This document shows positions 16,383 to 26,200 of a stretch of 57,335 nucleotides of DNA, piece by piece; position 1 is the stretch's first letter; the number at the start of each line of letters is the position of its first letter. This stretch comes from Candidatus Buchananbacteria bacterium RIFCSPHIGHO2_02_FULL_56_16. Lineage in GTDB: Bacteria > Patescibacteriota > Patescibacteriia > Buchananbacterales > UBA6539. Under the pieces are notes generated by a model, which was given only the letters and a program-made list of their open reading frames with translations, did not search any database and had not been told where the DNA came from. The DNA is taken from assembly GCA_001817495.1 (NCBI GenBank), contig MHIL01000023.1:1-57335 (forward strand). Direction: 5' to 3'. Position numbers and translations under genes: made by a program.

Positions 16383-18899
16383 ATGGCTTCCTACGACCCG
16401 AACATAATTGAACCGAAGTGGCAAACGTACTGGGAGGAAAAGAAGCTGTTCGCCGCCGCCGACCGCTCCTCTAAACCCAAGTACTACTGCTTGATCGAGT
16501 TTCCGTACCCGTCCGGTGAGGGGCTGCACGTCGGCCACCCCCGGCCCTACACCGCGCTGGACGTACTGGCCCGGAAGCGCCGGATGCAGGGCTACAATGT
16601 GCTCTACCCGATTGGGTTTGACGCCTTTGGCTTACCAACGGAAAACTACGCCATCAAGACCGGCGCCCATCCGCAGACCATCACCGAGCGCAACGTCGCC
16701 ACCTTCACGGCCCAGCTCAAGGCGCTGGGCTTGAGTTTTGATTGGGACCGGCAGGTGGTCACCACCGACCCGGCCTACTACCGCTGGACCCAGTGGATTT
16801 TTTTAAAGCTGTTTGAGCACGGCTTGGCCTACAAGGCGAAGATGCCGATCAACTGGTGTCCGTCGTGCAGGATTGGTTTGGCCAATGAAGAGGTCGCGGG
16901 GGGCGCCTGCGAGCGCTGCGGCACCGCGGTCGAGCAGCGCGAGAAGGAGCAGTGGTTGCTCAAGATTACGAGGTACGCTGACCGGCTGGCTGACGACCTC
17001 GCTCCGGTTGACTACCCCGAGCGGATCAAGACCCAGCAGATCAACTGGATCGGCCGCAAAGAGTGGATTGATATTGACTACCCGGTTGTCGGGACTAACG
17101 AATCAGTCGTTGTTTCGACGACGCGGCCCGATACCAACTTCGGCGCCACGTTTGTGGTGCTCGCGCCCGAGCACCCGCTGGTGTCGGCCGAAAAGGGGTT
17201 GATACCCGCGGAACGGCGGAAAGCGGTTGAACAGTATATCGCGGCCGCTCGAAAAAAAACCGACCAGGAGCGCATGGCCGAAGGTCGGAAAAAGACCGGG
17301 GTGTTCGCCGGCTTGTACGGCTTGAACCGATTAAATAACAAGCAGCTGCCGATTTGGATTAGTGATTTTGTGCTCACAACCGTCGGGACGGGCGCGGTCG
17401 TCGGCGTGCCCGGTCACGACCGGCGCGATTTTGAATTCGCTACGGCGTTCGGTTTGCCGGTCATTCGCGTGGTCGTCGGCCGTGACGGCGATACGAGCGA
17501 CCTTACTCGGATTGAGCAGGTGCAAGAAGCAGAAGGAACCATGGTCCATTCGGAGTTTTTAGATGGGCTGGATATCCATCGCGCCACCGCCATCATTATG
17601 GATTACCTGGAAAAGAAAGGCTGGGGCAAACGAGCGACCCGCTATAACCTTCGTGACTGGGTCTTTTCGCGCCAGCGCTACTGGGGCGAGCCGATTCCAT
17701 TGGTGTTTTGCGGGGCATGTCAGGATAAAATCAAAAAGCAAAAATCAAAAAGCAAAAATAAGGAATACAGTCAGGGGGAATTACTCAATCCAGGCTGGAT
17801 TGCGGTACCCGAGAATCAGTTACCAGTCGCGTTGCCCGAGGTGAAAAAGTATGAGCCGACCGATACCGGTGAATCGCCGCTCGCGACCATGACCGGCTGG
17901 GTGACCGTTACCTGCCCGCGCTGCGGCGGACCGGCCCGCCGCGAGACCGACACGATGCCCAACTGGGCCGGCTCGAACTGGTACTTTTTGCGCTACGCTG
18001 ACCCCGCGAACGCTAAGGCGCTGGCCGCGCCTGACCAACTCGCCTACTGGCTGCCGGTCGACTGGTACAACGGCGGTATGGAGCACACGACGCTCCACCT
18101 GCTCTACTCGCGCTTCATCTATAAGTTTCTCTACGACATCAAGGTCGTGCCCGAGTCGTGCGGCAATGAACCGTACCGCAAGCGCACCTCGCACGGTTTG
18201 ATTCTGGGCGAGGGCGGCGAAAAGATGTCGAAGTCGCGGGGTAACGTGGTCAACCCCAGCGAAATTGTCGCTGCCTACGGCGCCGACACCCTGCGGCTCT
18301 ACGAGCTGTTCATGGGGCCGTTCGAGCAGGCAATCCCCTGGGATACCGCTGGGGTGAGGGGCGTGCGGCGATTTTTGGAAAAAGTCTGGGATACGTTCGA
18401 GCGATCCGAGCTGGTTTCGGCCGACCACGAAGACGCCGCCGCCAAAACGCTCCTGCACCGCACCGTCAAGAAAGTGAGCGATGACATCGAAACCCAAGAC
18501 TACAATACGGCCGTGTCGGCGCTGATGATTTTAAGCAATACGCTGGCCGGGCAACCGACCATCAGCCGTTCGACCGCCGAGACGTTCCTGCGGCTGCTCG
18601 CGCCGTTCGCGCCCCACCTGGCCGAAGAGCGCTGGCGGAAGCTGGGTCACCGCCGGTCAATCTTTCAAGCCTCGTGGCCGGCGTTTGATGAAAAGCTGAT
18701 TGTGGCGACCGAGATCACGCTCGTCGTTCAGATCAACGGCAAGGTTCGGGATTCGCTCCACGCGCCCGCCGACATCACCGAGCAGGTGGCGGAGCGAGCC
18801 GCCCGGGCGCGTCCGAAGATCGCCGGCTACCTCGAGGGCAAGCAGGTGAAGAACATCATCTTCGTACCCGGGCGGCTGATTAACTTTGTAGTAGAATAA
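16383..18899 (+). CDS. leuS: Leucine--tRNA ligase
   Basis: It has the HVGH (HIGH) and KMSKS motifs, a CP1 editing domain and Zn-binding cysteines, in 838 aa. Confidence 0.97.
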   Translation: MASYDPNIIEPKWQTYWEEKKLFAAADRSSKPKYYCLIEFPYPSGEGLHVGHPRPYTALDVLARKRRMQGYNVLYPIGFDAFGLPTENYAIKTGAHPQTITERNVATFTAQLKALGLSFDWDRQVVTTDPAYYRWTQWIFLKLFEHGLAYKAKMPINWCPSCRIGLANEEVAGGACERCGTAVEQREKEQWLLKITRYADRLADDLAPVDYPERIKTQQINWIGRKEWIDIDYPVVGTNESVVVSTTRPDTNFGATFVVLAPEHPLVSAEKGLIPAERRKAVEQYIAAARKKTDQERMAEGRKKTGVFAGLYGLNRLNNKQLPIWISDFVLTTVGTGAVVGVPGHDRRDFEFATAFGLPVIRVVVGRDGDTSDLTRIEQVQEAEGTMVHSEFLDGLDIHRATAIIMDYLEKKGWGKRATRYNLRDWVFSRQRYWGEPIPLVFCGACQDKIKKQKSKSKNKEYSQGELLNPGWIAVPENQLPVALPEVKKYEPTDTGESPLATMTGWVTVTCPRCGGPARRETDTMPNWAGSNWYFLRYADPANAKALAAPDQLAYWLPVDWYNGGMEHTTLHLLYSRFIYKFLYDIKVVPESCGNEPYRKRTSHGLILGEGGEKMSKSRGNVVNPSEIVAAYGADTLRLYELFMGPFEQAIPWDTAGVRGVRRFLEKVWDTFERSELVSADHEDAAAKTLLHRTVKKVSDDIETQDYNTAVSALMILSNTLAGQPTISRSTAETFLRLLAPFAPHLAEERWRKLGHRRSIFQASWPAFDEKLIVATEITLVVQINGKVRDSLHAPADITEQVAERAARARPKIAGYLEGKQVKNIIFVPGRLINFVVE

Positions 18900-18913
18900 G
18901 AAATAGCTTTTTA

Positions 18914-18961
18914 GCTTCTTAGCTTTTTAGGGGATGACCCTGCCCTAAAAAGCTAAGAAGC
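18914..18961 (+). terminator. Perfect 19-bp stem hairpin after leuS (word family 3), with no U-tract
   Basis: I checked base by base that gcttcttagctttttaggg (18914-18932) pairs with ccctaaaaagctaagaagc (18943-18961). Confidence 0.5.
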
Positions 18962-18982
18962 CACAAGCTACTTACCTAAACT

Positions 18983-20008
18983 ATGTCCATCGTCGAAATC
19001 ACTGACAAGGCCCGCGAGCCGTGGGACACCTTTGTTAAAGCCTACGCGCCGGACGGCGGCTTGCTGCAGTCGTGGGGCTGGGGCGAGGTTCAGAAGGCGC
19101 TCGGCAATCCCGTCTTTCGGCTGGCGGTGCTCGACGAGCAGGGCCAGTTCCGGGCCGCCCTGCTCCTGGTCCGGCACGAGCTGCACTTTGAGTACAACTA
19201 CCTCTACGCGCCGCGCGGACCGGTGATGGACACGTTGAACGCCCACGAGCTCTCGGAGCTTTTGGGCGCGGTTAAGCGCCGTGCCCGCGAACTCAAGAGC
19301 TTCATGCTTCGGTTCGACCCGCCCTGGCTCGTGGGCGCCGAGCCGGTGTTGGCCGAGAGCGGTTTGCGCAAGAGCGAGGGCGAGCTGCAGCCGAAGTGTA
19401 ACTTCATCATGCCGATCACCGATTCACCCGATGCGCTCCTCGCGGCGATGAAACCGAAAACGCGCTACAACCTCGGCCTGGCCCAGAAGCACGGCGTTAC
19501 CCTTCAGATCAGCGACCAGGAATCTGACCTTGAGGGCTTTTGGCAGCTGCTTAAGCAGACCAGCGCCAGGGATCACTTCCAGCCTCACCCCAAAGAGCAC
19601 TACAAAAAAATGCTCGAGCTTCTAAATCCGGACGGAACGCTGAAACTCTTGCTGGCAATCTACGACCAGCAGATTGTCGCCGCGGCATTGGTTGCTTTTT
19701 TTGGCAAAACGGCGACCTACCTCCACGGAGCATCGGCCGACCTCTACCGCGAGGTGATGGCGCCGTACCTCCTGCACTGGGAGGCGATTTTGGCAGCGAA
19801 GCAGCTTGGCTGCCGCGCCTACGATTTCGGCGGCGTCAACGGCCAAACCTGCCACCACCCGAACTGGGTGGGCATGACGAAGTTCAAAACCGGCTTCGCC
19901 CCCACTCAGGCGCCGGCCGAGTACGTCGGCAGCTTTGAAGCGGTCATAAACCCGCTGGTGTTCGCCGGCTACCGGTTCGTTAAGCAGATTCGAGGCGGGT
20001 ACACGTAG
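18983..20008 (+). CDS. FemAB-family peptidoglycan bridge-forming aminoacyltransferase (FemX-like)
   Basis: The length and N-terminal W..F......GG.LQSW.WGE pattern fit the family, as does the C-terminal YLHGAS...R...APYLLHWEAI..AK..G...YDF.G region typical of FemAB/MurM. Confidence 0.75.
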   Translation: MSIVEITDKAREPWDTFVKAYAPDGGLLQSWGWGEVQKALGNPVFRLAVLDEQGQFRAALLLVRHELHFEYNYLYAPRGPVMDTLNAHELSELLGAVKRRARELKSFMLRFDPPWLVGAEPVLAESGLRKSEGELQPKCNFIMPITDSPDALLAAMKPKTRYNLGLAQKHGVTLQISDQESDLEGFWQLLKQTSARDHFQPHPKEHYKKMLELLNPDGTLKLLLAIYDQQIVAAALVAFFGKTATYLHGASADLYREVMAPYLLHWEAILAAKQLGCRAYDFGGVNGQTCHHPNWVGMTKFKTGFAPTQAPAEYVGSFEAVINPLVFAGYRFVKQIRGGYT

Positions 20009-20039
20009 AGACGAGGCATTGCCTCGTCTCTACGTGTAC
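19999..20039. repeat. 41-nt near-perfect palindrome (20-bp arms) spanning the stop codon of the FemAB gene
   Basis: The arms are gtacacgtagagacgaggca and tgcctcgtctctacgtgtac, separated by one t. The TAG stop at 20006-20008 lies in the left arm. Confidence 0.8.
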
Positions 20040-20057
20040 GTGCCCCTCGCGGTGAAT

Positions 20058-20675
20058 ATGCGCATCCTAAAGCCAAACCGAACTGGCCTTGCTCAAGCCG
20101 TCCGTGTCCTGCGCCGCGGCGGCGTGATCGTTTACCCGACCGACACCGCCTACGGCCTGGGCGGCGTTTTTGATTCGCCGGCGGTGACCAGAAAAATTTT
20201 GCGGATCAAAAACCGGACGGATAAAAAATTTACCCTGGTGGCCTCGAGCCGGCGGCAGGTGGAGCGGTTCTTCCCGTTACATCCGCTGCAAAAAAAGTTG
20301 GCCGGGCACTACTGGCCCGGGCCGCTGTCACTGGTTGTTTCCCGGCGGTTCGCCGTCCGGGTGCCGGCTCACCCCGTTGCCCGCACGCTGTGCCGCCGCG
20401 CCGGCCGGCCGCTGATCGCCAGCTCGGCCAACCGTTCCGGCCAGCCGAGTCCCTACCGGGTAACAACGGTCGTCGCCCAATTCAGAAACCAAAAAGACCA
20501 GCCGGAGCTGATCATTGACGCCGGGCCGCTGCCGCGGCGGAAATCCTCAACTGTGGTTGCCATCCGGGCCGGCCGGCTGAAGCGGCAGCCAACTTCGACG
20601 ATGGTGGCGGTGAAACGGCACCAGCTCGTCATTATTCGTTCTGGCCGTCTGACGCCGCACCTTATTAGGTGGTAA
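20058..20675 (+). CDS. tsaC: L-threonylcarbamoyladenylate synthase (YrdC/Sua5 family)
   Basis: It has the VIVYPTDTAYGLGG and SSANRSG motifs. I prefer the ATG at 20058, because the ORF-track TTG start lies inside the palindrome. Confidence 0.8.
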   Translation: MRILKPNRTGLAQAVRVLRRGGVIVYPTDTAYGLGGVFDSPAVTRKILRIKNRTDKKFTLVASSRRQVERFFPLHPLQKKLAGHYWPGPLSLVVSRRFAVRVPAHPVARTLCRRAGRPLIASSANRSGQPSPYRVTTVVAQFRNQKDQPELIIDAGPLPRRKSSTVVAIRAGRLKRQPTSTMVAVKRHQLVIIRSGRLTPHLIRW

Positions 20676-20683
20676 GAGCGCAG

Positions 20684-21208
20684 CTACTTTTTAGTACCAG
20701 TGCCGATGAATGAGTCGATACCAAAAAATTTTGGATATAAAGATTTTGCGCCACCAAGGATGTAGCGCCCGGGTGCAAAAGGCGGCGGAAACGGCGTATA
20801 GAAAATCAAAGGGCAGATATCCATCGAGGTCGCGCCTTCATAGCCAAATGTTTGAACCTCGCCCCAAGGGAATGGTGGCGGTACTTCTAAGCACCAGCAA
20901 TTACAGATTAGACAACGGCATGGCTCCCCGCCCTGACAGGATCTCCCGCATGATGGTGCGACAAAAGTAATAATGCCGGCAATAGTGACCGGGTACAACG
21001 ATGGAGGGGTAATAGTGACCGGGCGCAATGAAGGTTTGACCACTTGGGTTTGACCACGAAGAAACGGCGACAAAGTGCGACCACTTTTACGCTGGCCAGC
21101 GGCTTGGCCGGCGATGGCCCACACGACAACAATCACCAGTAACAAAATGACTATACCCGCGACCCAGCCCTTAATTCGTTTTTGCATGATATCGGAGAGG
21201 TAGACCAT
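20684..21208 (-). CDS. Hypothetical membrane-anchored Cys/Pro-rich protein; start uncertain (21187, 21208 or 21253)
   Basis: It has a single TM segment followed by a Cys-cluster (CGRSCQGGEPCRCLICNCWC). It is visibly AT-richer than its neighbours, and I recognised no family. Confidence 0.4.
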   Translation of the reverse strand: MVYLSDIMQKRIKGWVAGIVILLLVIVVVWAIAGQAAGQRKSGRTLSPFLRGQTQVVKPSLRPVTITPPSLYPVTIAGIITFVAPSCGRSCQGGEPCRCLICNCWCLEVPPPFPWGEVQTFGYEGATSMDICPLIFYTPFPPPFAPGRYILGGAKSLYPKFFGIDSFIGTGTKK

Positions 21209-21230
21209 AGGCTTAGTATAGGCTGTATCA

Positions 21231-21330
21231 GTGAGTAAGTCAAGATAAGTCAAGTAAGTGAAGTAAGTAAATTAAGTAAATTAAGCTGGCAAGCTGGCAA
21301 GCAAACTTGCTCACTTGTAAATTTACTAGC
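21231..21330. repeat. Stop-codon-rich spacer, word family 2
   Basis: It contains aagtaagtaaattaagt at 21261-21277 and the tandem aagctggc-aagctggc, and forms an imperfect inverted repeat (gtgagtaagt / acttgctcac). Confidence 0.6.
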
Positions 21331-21346
21331 TAACAAACTTCTCATA

Positions 21347-22189
21347 ATGCTCGACCAGATAAAAAAACTCTGTAAAGCCTACGGCATTACCCCCCAGCGC
21401 AGCAAGGGGCAGCATTTTTTAATGGACGCTACAGTCATTGATACCATGGTTGAAACCGCCCGGCTGGATCAGCGCGACACCGTGCTCGAGGTCGGGCCGG
21501 GGCTGGGGATTCTGACCGAAGCGCTGGTTGCCCGTGCCGGTCGCGTCGTCAGCGTCGAGCTCGACCGGAAACTCTTCGGCCTGCTGCAGGCAAAGTTCAT
21601 TGTCAGCCGTAACCTCGAGCTGGTTAACGACGACATTTTGCGCTGCGACTTCGCCGGCCGTCTGGGCGCCGGCTACAAGGTGGTGGCCAACCTTCCCTAC
21701 AACATCACGTCTCGTTTTTTGAAAAACATCCTCACGGCGGCGGTCAAGCCGTTGGTCGCGGTGGTCCTGGTCCAAAAGGAAGTGGCCGAACGAATCTGCG
21801 CGAAGCCAGGTGATTTAAGTCTGCTGGGCATTTCCGTCCAGCTCTACGGCCGGCCGGCCGTGGTTGCCACCGTGGGCCGCCAGCAGTTCTGGCCGATGCC
21901 GGCCGTTGATTCGGCCATCGTGGCAATTCGCGACATCCAGCCGGCGGCAGCCATCGCCGCCCGGCTCAAGCCGGTAACCGAAAAGCAGTTTTGGCAGCTG
22001 GTGCGGATCGGCTTTTCGGCCAAGCGCAAGAAGCTGGTCAATAACCTGGCCGCCGGCCTCAAAGTCAGCGGTACCATTATCGAAACTGCAGCGGCTGAAG
22101 CCGGTCTGACACCCAATGTTCGGGCGCAAAACCTCGCCGTGGCTGATTGGCAGCAGCTTGCAAAAAAGTTGGTTATGTATCTTAATTAA
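21347..22189 (+). CDS. rsmA: 16S rRNA (adenine1518/1519-N6)-dimethyltransferase
   Basis: It has the KGQHFL, VLEVGPGLGILT and ANLPYNITS motifs. Confidence 0.92.
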   Translation: MLDQIKKLCKAYGITPQRSKGQHFLMDATVIDTMVETARLDQRDTVLEVGPGLGILTEALVARAGRVVSVELDRKLFGLLQAKFIVSRNLELVNDDILRCDFAGRLGAGYKVVANLPYNITSRFLKNILTAAVKPLVAVVLVQKEVAERICAKPGDLSLLGISVQLYGRPAVVATVGRQQFWPMPAVDSAIVAIRDIQPAAAIAARLKPVTEKQFWQLVRIGFSAKRKKLVNNLAAGLKVSGTIIETAAAEAGLTPNVRAQNLAVADWQQLAKKLVMYLN

Positions 22190-22204
22190 TTGTTACTTTT
22201 TCGC

Positions 22205-22233
22205 TTGTTTGCTTTTTGAAAATTTAGTATAAT
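22205..22233 (+). promoter_or_regulatory. Candidate promoter of the giant-gene operon
   Basis: TTGTTT (22205-22210) is separated by 17 nt from TATAAT (22228-22233). A structured leader of about 130 nt follows. Confidence 0.4.
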
Positions 22234-22363
22234 ATATTCAATTGACCCCTCGACTAAACTTGGGGTTATCTCGATTGCAATCGAGAGATGAACTGGCTAT
22301 TGCATCTGCCCGCCTCTGGCGGGGAGAGGGTTTGGATGTATCACGCCGCCGCGTCTAATACTT

Positions 22364-23218
22364 TTGAAAAAAATGGCCCAATCAGCCAAAAAATCAACCA
22401 ACTTAACTATCCTGTCTGATATCTACCAAGAGCAAGAGACCGGATCATCGGCGAACCGCGGCGAGCGGTACCCAGTCAGCGAAAAAATTAAGGCGTATTT
22501 TAACGCCCCCCAAACGGTGGAAAAGTGGTTAGCGGGGGCGGTTTTATTTTTCGGCGCCGCTGGCATCATCTTTGGTTTTAACCACTTTAAAAGTTTGATT
22601 GCCAAACCCTTCGACCGTCCGCTGCCCGAAAGCAACACCAGCTTCGCCGCCGCGACCAACCCTGTTGATCAAGACCTGCTTGGCTTACGCCAGAAAGACA
22701 CGGACCAGGACGGCCTCTCGGACTACGACGAGCTCTACGTCTACCAGACCAGCCCCTTTCTCGAGGATTCAGATTCGGATGGTATAGAGGATCAGAAAGA
22801 AATTGCCAGTAATAGCAACCCCAACTGTCCGAAGGGCGCTGATTGCACCGGCGCCGCGGCCGAACGTACCGTGGCTGAAAATACCGCGCCAGCCGCGGCC
22901 GACCTGGACGCCGGCTCGCTTCGGACATTGCTGCAAAACGCCGGCGTATCAGCTGATGTGCTGAACGCCATCAGCGATGAGGAGCTGCTGCGCACCTACC
23001 TCGAGGTAACCGGCGGTACGGTCGCGAGCTCCACCGCCACCACGGCGGGGCCGGCCCAGCCGGCGGGCAGCTCATCGGCCGCTGACCAGATTAGTCAGCT
23101 TACCCCGGCCCAGCTGCGGCAGCTGCTGCAAGAGCAGGGGATTCCGCCGGAAACGTTGCGTCAAGTGAGCGACGAGGAGCTTCTTAAGCTGGTTTCAGAG
23201 ACGCTTCAGGGTTACTAA
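22364..23218 (+). CDS. Membrane-anchored protein with thrombospondin-type-3 Ca-binding repeats and a duplicated C-terminal helical motif
   Basis: It has a TM segment and DTDQDGLSDYDE...DSDSDGIEDQKE repeats. The motif LR.LLQ..G......L..(I/V)SDEELL occurs twice. The start is TTG at 22364 or ATG at 22373, and the gene ends 6 nt before the giant gene. Confidence 0.6.
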   Translation: MKKMAQSAKKSTNLTILSDIYQEQETGSSANRGERYPVSEKIKAYFNAPQTVEKWLAGAVLFFGAAGIIFGFNHFKSLIAKPFDRPLPESNTSFAAATNPVDQDLLGLRQKDTDQDGLSDYDELYVYQTSPFLEDSDSDGIEDQKEIASNSNPNCPKGADCTGAAAERTVAENTAPAAADLDAGSLRTLLQNAGVSADVLNAISDEELLRTYLEVTGGTVASSTATTAGPAQPAGSSSAADQISQLTPAQLRQLLQEQGIPPETLRQVSDEELLKLVSETLQGY

Positions 23219-23224
23219 ACTACC

Positions 23225-26200
23225 ATGATACACCAAGTACACCAAGACAAGCAGCGCGAGGCAAACCGCAGGAGCCGGCCGGTGGCGAGGTTCATCCTGT
23301 CGGGTTGCATGTTGCTGACGCTGGCGCTGGGCTTGGTCGCGCCGGCAATGCTCTACCCGACCCCGGCGGCCGCGGCCGGCATACCGACCTTTGACGCCGC
23401 GAACCTTCGAGCGTGGTTTAGCCAAATCGGCTATAACTTCGCTGAACAAGCTGAACGTCTAGCACAGCAGATCGAGAAGCGGACGGCGGCGATTGCTTTC
23501 AAATCAGCCTTACATTTATTCCTCAACAACCTTGCTTACGATTCGGCGACCTGGCTGGCCGCCGGCGGCAAGGGCCAGACCCCGTACTTTCATACTGATA
23601 GCTGGGGAGCGTACCTGACCAAGGCCGCTGACGGCGCGGCCGGTGATTTTATCAGCAAACTCGGTGAATCGTGGCTTGACGGCTTCAACGTCTGCCAGCC
23701 GGATCTGCCGTTTCGGATTAACGTGGCTCAAGGGTTTCAAGACAATTTTATCCGTCGCCAGCCCGACTGTACCGCCAGCGAACTGGCCCGAGACTGGGAG
23801 CGCTTCGTCCAGCGCGACGACTTTCTTAGCCAGTTCGTCAAGCAATTCAATTCGCAGCAGAACGAGGTTCTCATCGGCTTGACGCTTTGGGACAAGTACT
23901 ATCAAGCCCTCTCGTTTGAAACCAAGACTAAAGAGCAGGATCGAATCGAAGGCCAGGGTTTCCAGCCGGTTACGTCGGCGATATCCGGCAAGATTCTTAC
24001 CCCCGCCAGCCTGACCAAAGCCCAGGCGGATGCCTTGATTAACAATCAGGCCGACGCCGAGAAAATCAGCACCGGCGACATCGTGGCTGACGCCATCAGC
24101 ACGTTTATTAATACCTTAGCCGGCAAGCTGTTTCAGCGGCTGTTCAAGGAAGGACTGGCGAGCCTGCGGGATGATGATGATGCTCGGCGAAGTTTCATTA
24201 GCCGTGATCTCTATACCGGTGAGAGCGGCCGCGACCTGTTCACCGGCCGGCAGGCGGCCGAGGCGCGCTACGTAACGCTGGTTGACGCCGGCATCATTAC
24301 CGGCGGGCCGTACGAACTTTTGCAGCAGCTCGCCACCTGCCGGGATTTGAGCAACCCGGGCCCGGAAGAGTGCGTCATTGACCAAAATTTTCGTTTGGCG
24401 ATTGAGCAAGAGATGACGGTTCGGGAGGCGATTGACGCCGGCTACCTGGACGGCAGCGCGCCGTTCGGCTTTATTTCCCCGGGGGTTGCGCCGCCCTACG
24501 CCGGGGACAAGAAGGGCTACCCCTACCGCAGCCTGCTGATTCTGCGGGCCCACCGGATCATCCCGGTTACTTGGGAGGTGGCCGCTAAAATTATTGATGA
24601 GGGATTTACCGGCAGCGACCGGGTCGTGACGCTGAATGCCTTGATTGCCGAGTATGATAACTCGGACAGCCCCTTCTACCGCCTGATTGACCAATACTGG
24701 GTGCTGAAAGCGCCGGAAGCGTTCTGCAAGGCGGAAGGCTACGGGCCGGTCATCATCAGCGATCAGGTCAGCAACGACGGCCAGCGGATCGTGACGCGCA
24801 GCCAGTACTGCGCCGACTACCAGTCGTGCATTGAGAAAGACAGCAAGGGCAAGTGCATCTACGGCTACTGCACCGAGGAACAGCCAACCTGGAACCTCCA
24901 GGCCGAGAGCTGCCTGCCCGAGTACAGCACCTGCCAGACTTTCGTGAACGGCGGCGGCCAGACGGTTTCCTACCTCCAGAATACCCTTAACTACAACAGC
25001 TGCAGCGCGGACAACGCCGGCTGCCAGTGGTACTGCCAGTCGTACAATGTTCCGAGCGCCACCTGGGCTTGCGTTAATGCCGGCGAGCAGGTGCTGAAAC
25101 CGTGCGCCGCGCCCAGCGGCTGCCCGCTCAACGCCGGCTGCAGCATCGCTGAAGCCGGGACATTCTGCACCGACGCGGTCAGTGGCGCGAACCTGACCAT
25201 CAGCACCGCCTGCAGCCCCAGCACCCAGTGGTGGCAAGCCGATCTCTTCGGAACGGGTGTCGGCGGCTGCCAGGCCGGCGCCAGCTGCACCGTCGAGTAC
25301 CAGGGAGTTCAGTGCGTCCAGACCGGCTGCGAGAGCCGCCAGAACCTGCTGCCCAACCCCGGCTTTGAAACCGCCGCCCCGGCCGGCACCCTGGCCGCGA
25401 AGTGGGGCGGGGATCCGGCCTACTTCGAACGGGTGAGCGGCGGGCAGGAGCGGATCCACCGCGGCCGCAGCAGCGTGCGCTTCTACAATGCCGGCAGTAT
25501 GGCCGGCGTAACGATGCGGTCCGATGAGCTGACCGTACCCCGCGCCGGCGCCTACACCGTGAGCGGCTACGTCTTTGACCGGCTGAATGTCGGGTCAATC
25601 TCGTTCAGCGTTTTGGTAAACGGCGGCGCCGTGGCTGACCCGCCGGTCATGCTGACCCAAACCGCCAAGAATCGCTGGTACCAGGTGAGCTTTGATACGC
25701 CGGCGCTGAACGCGAACGACAGGATCAAGATCGTGGTAATCGTCGCCGGCGAGCAGGTCAGCGGCCTGGCCTGGTTCGACGACTTCAGCCTGACCGAGAG
25801 CTGCCTGGTCAATCCGGTGACCCTGACGCTGGCCGGCGCCATCGCCGAAGATGAGAGCAAGATCCACTTCGACCGCGACGCGAAGCAGTGCAGCGCCGAA
25901 GCTGACGGCTGCTCCCAGTTCTACGCTTCGCCGACCCGGCGGATCAGCAACCTCCTGTTTAGCGTTACCGACCCGAGCTTTGAGCTGTACCAAGACAGTA
26001 CCACCCAGCCCGGGGATCAGGATTTCAAGAACTGGACTGCCGTCAGAGCCGTTGTTAAAGCCAGCAGCGATGCTCACAGCGGCGGAGCCGCGATGCAGCT
26101 GCGAGACGACAGTGGCGGCGCCGAAACCTATGTTTCGCTCACGTTTGATACGGGCGAGCCGCTCAACGAGCGGATGTTCATTGTTTCCTACTACGCGAAA

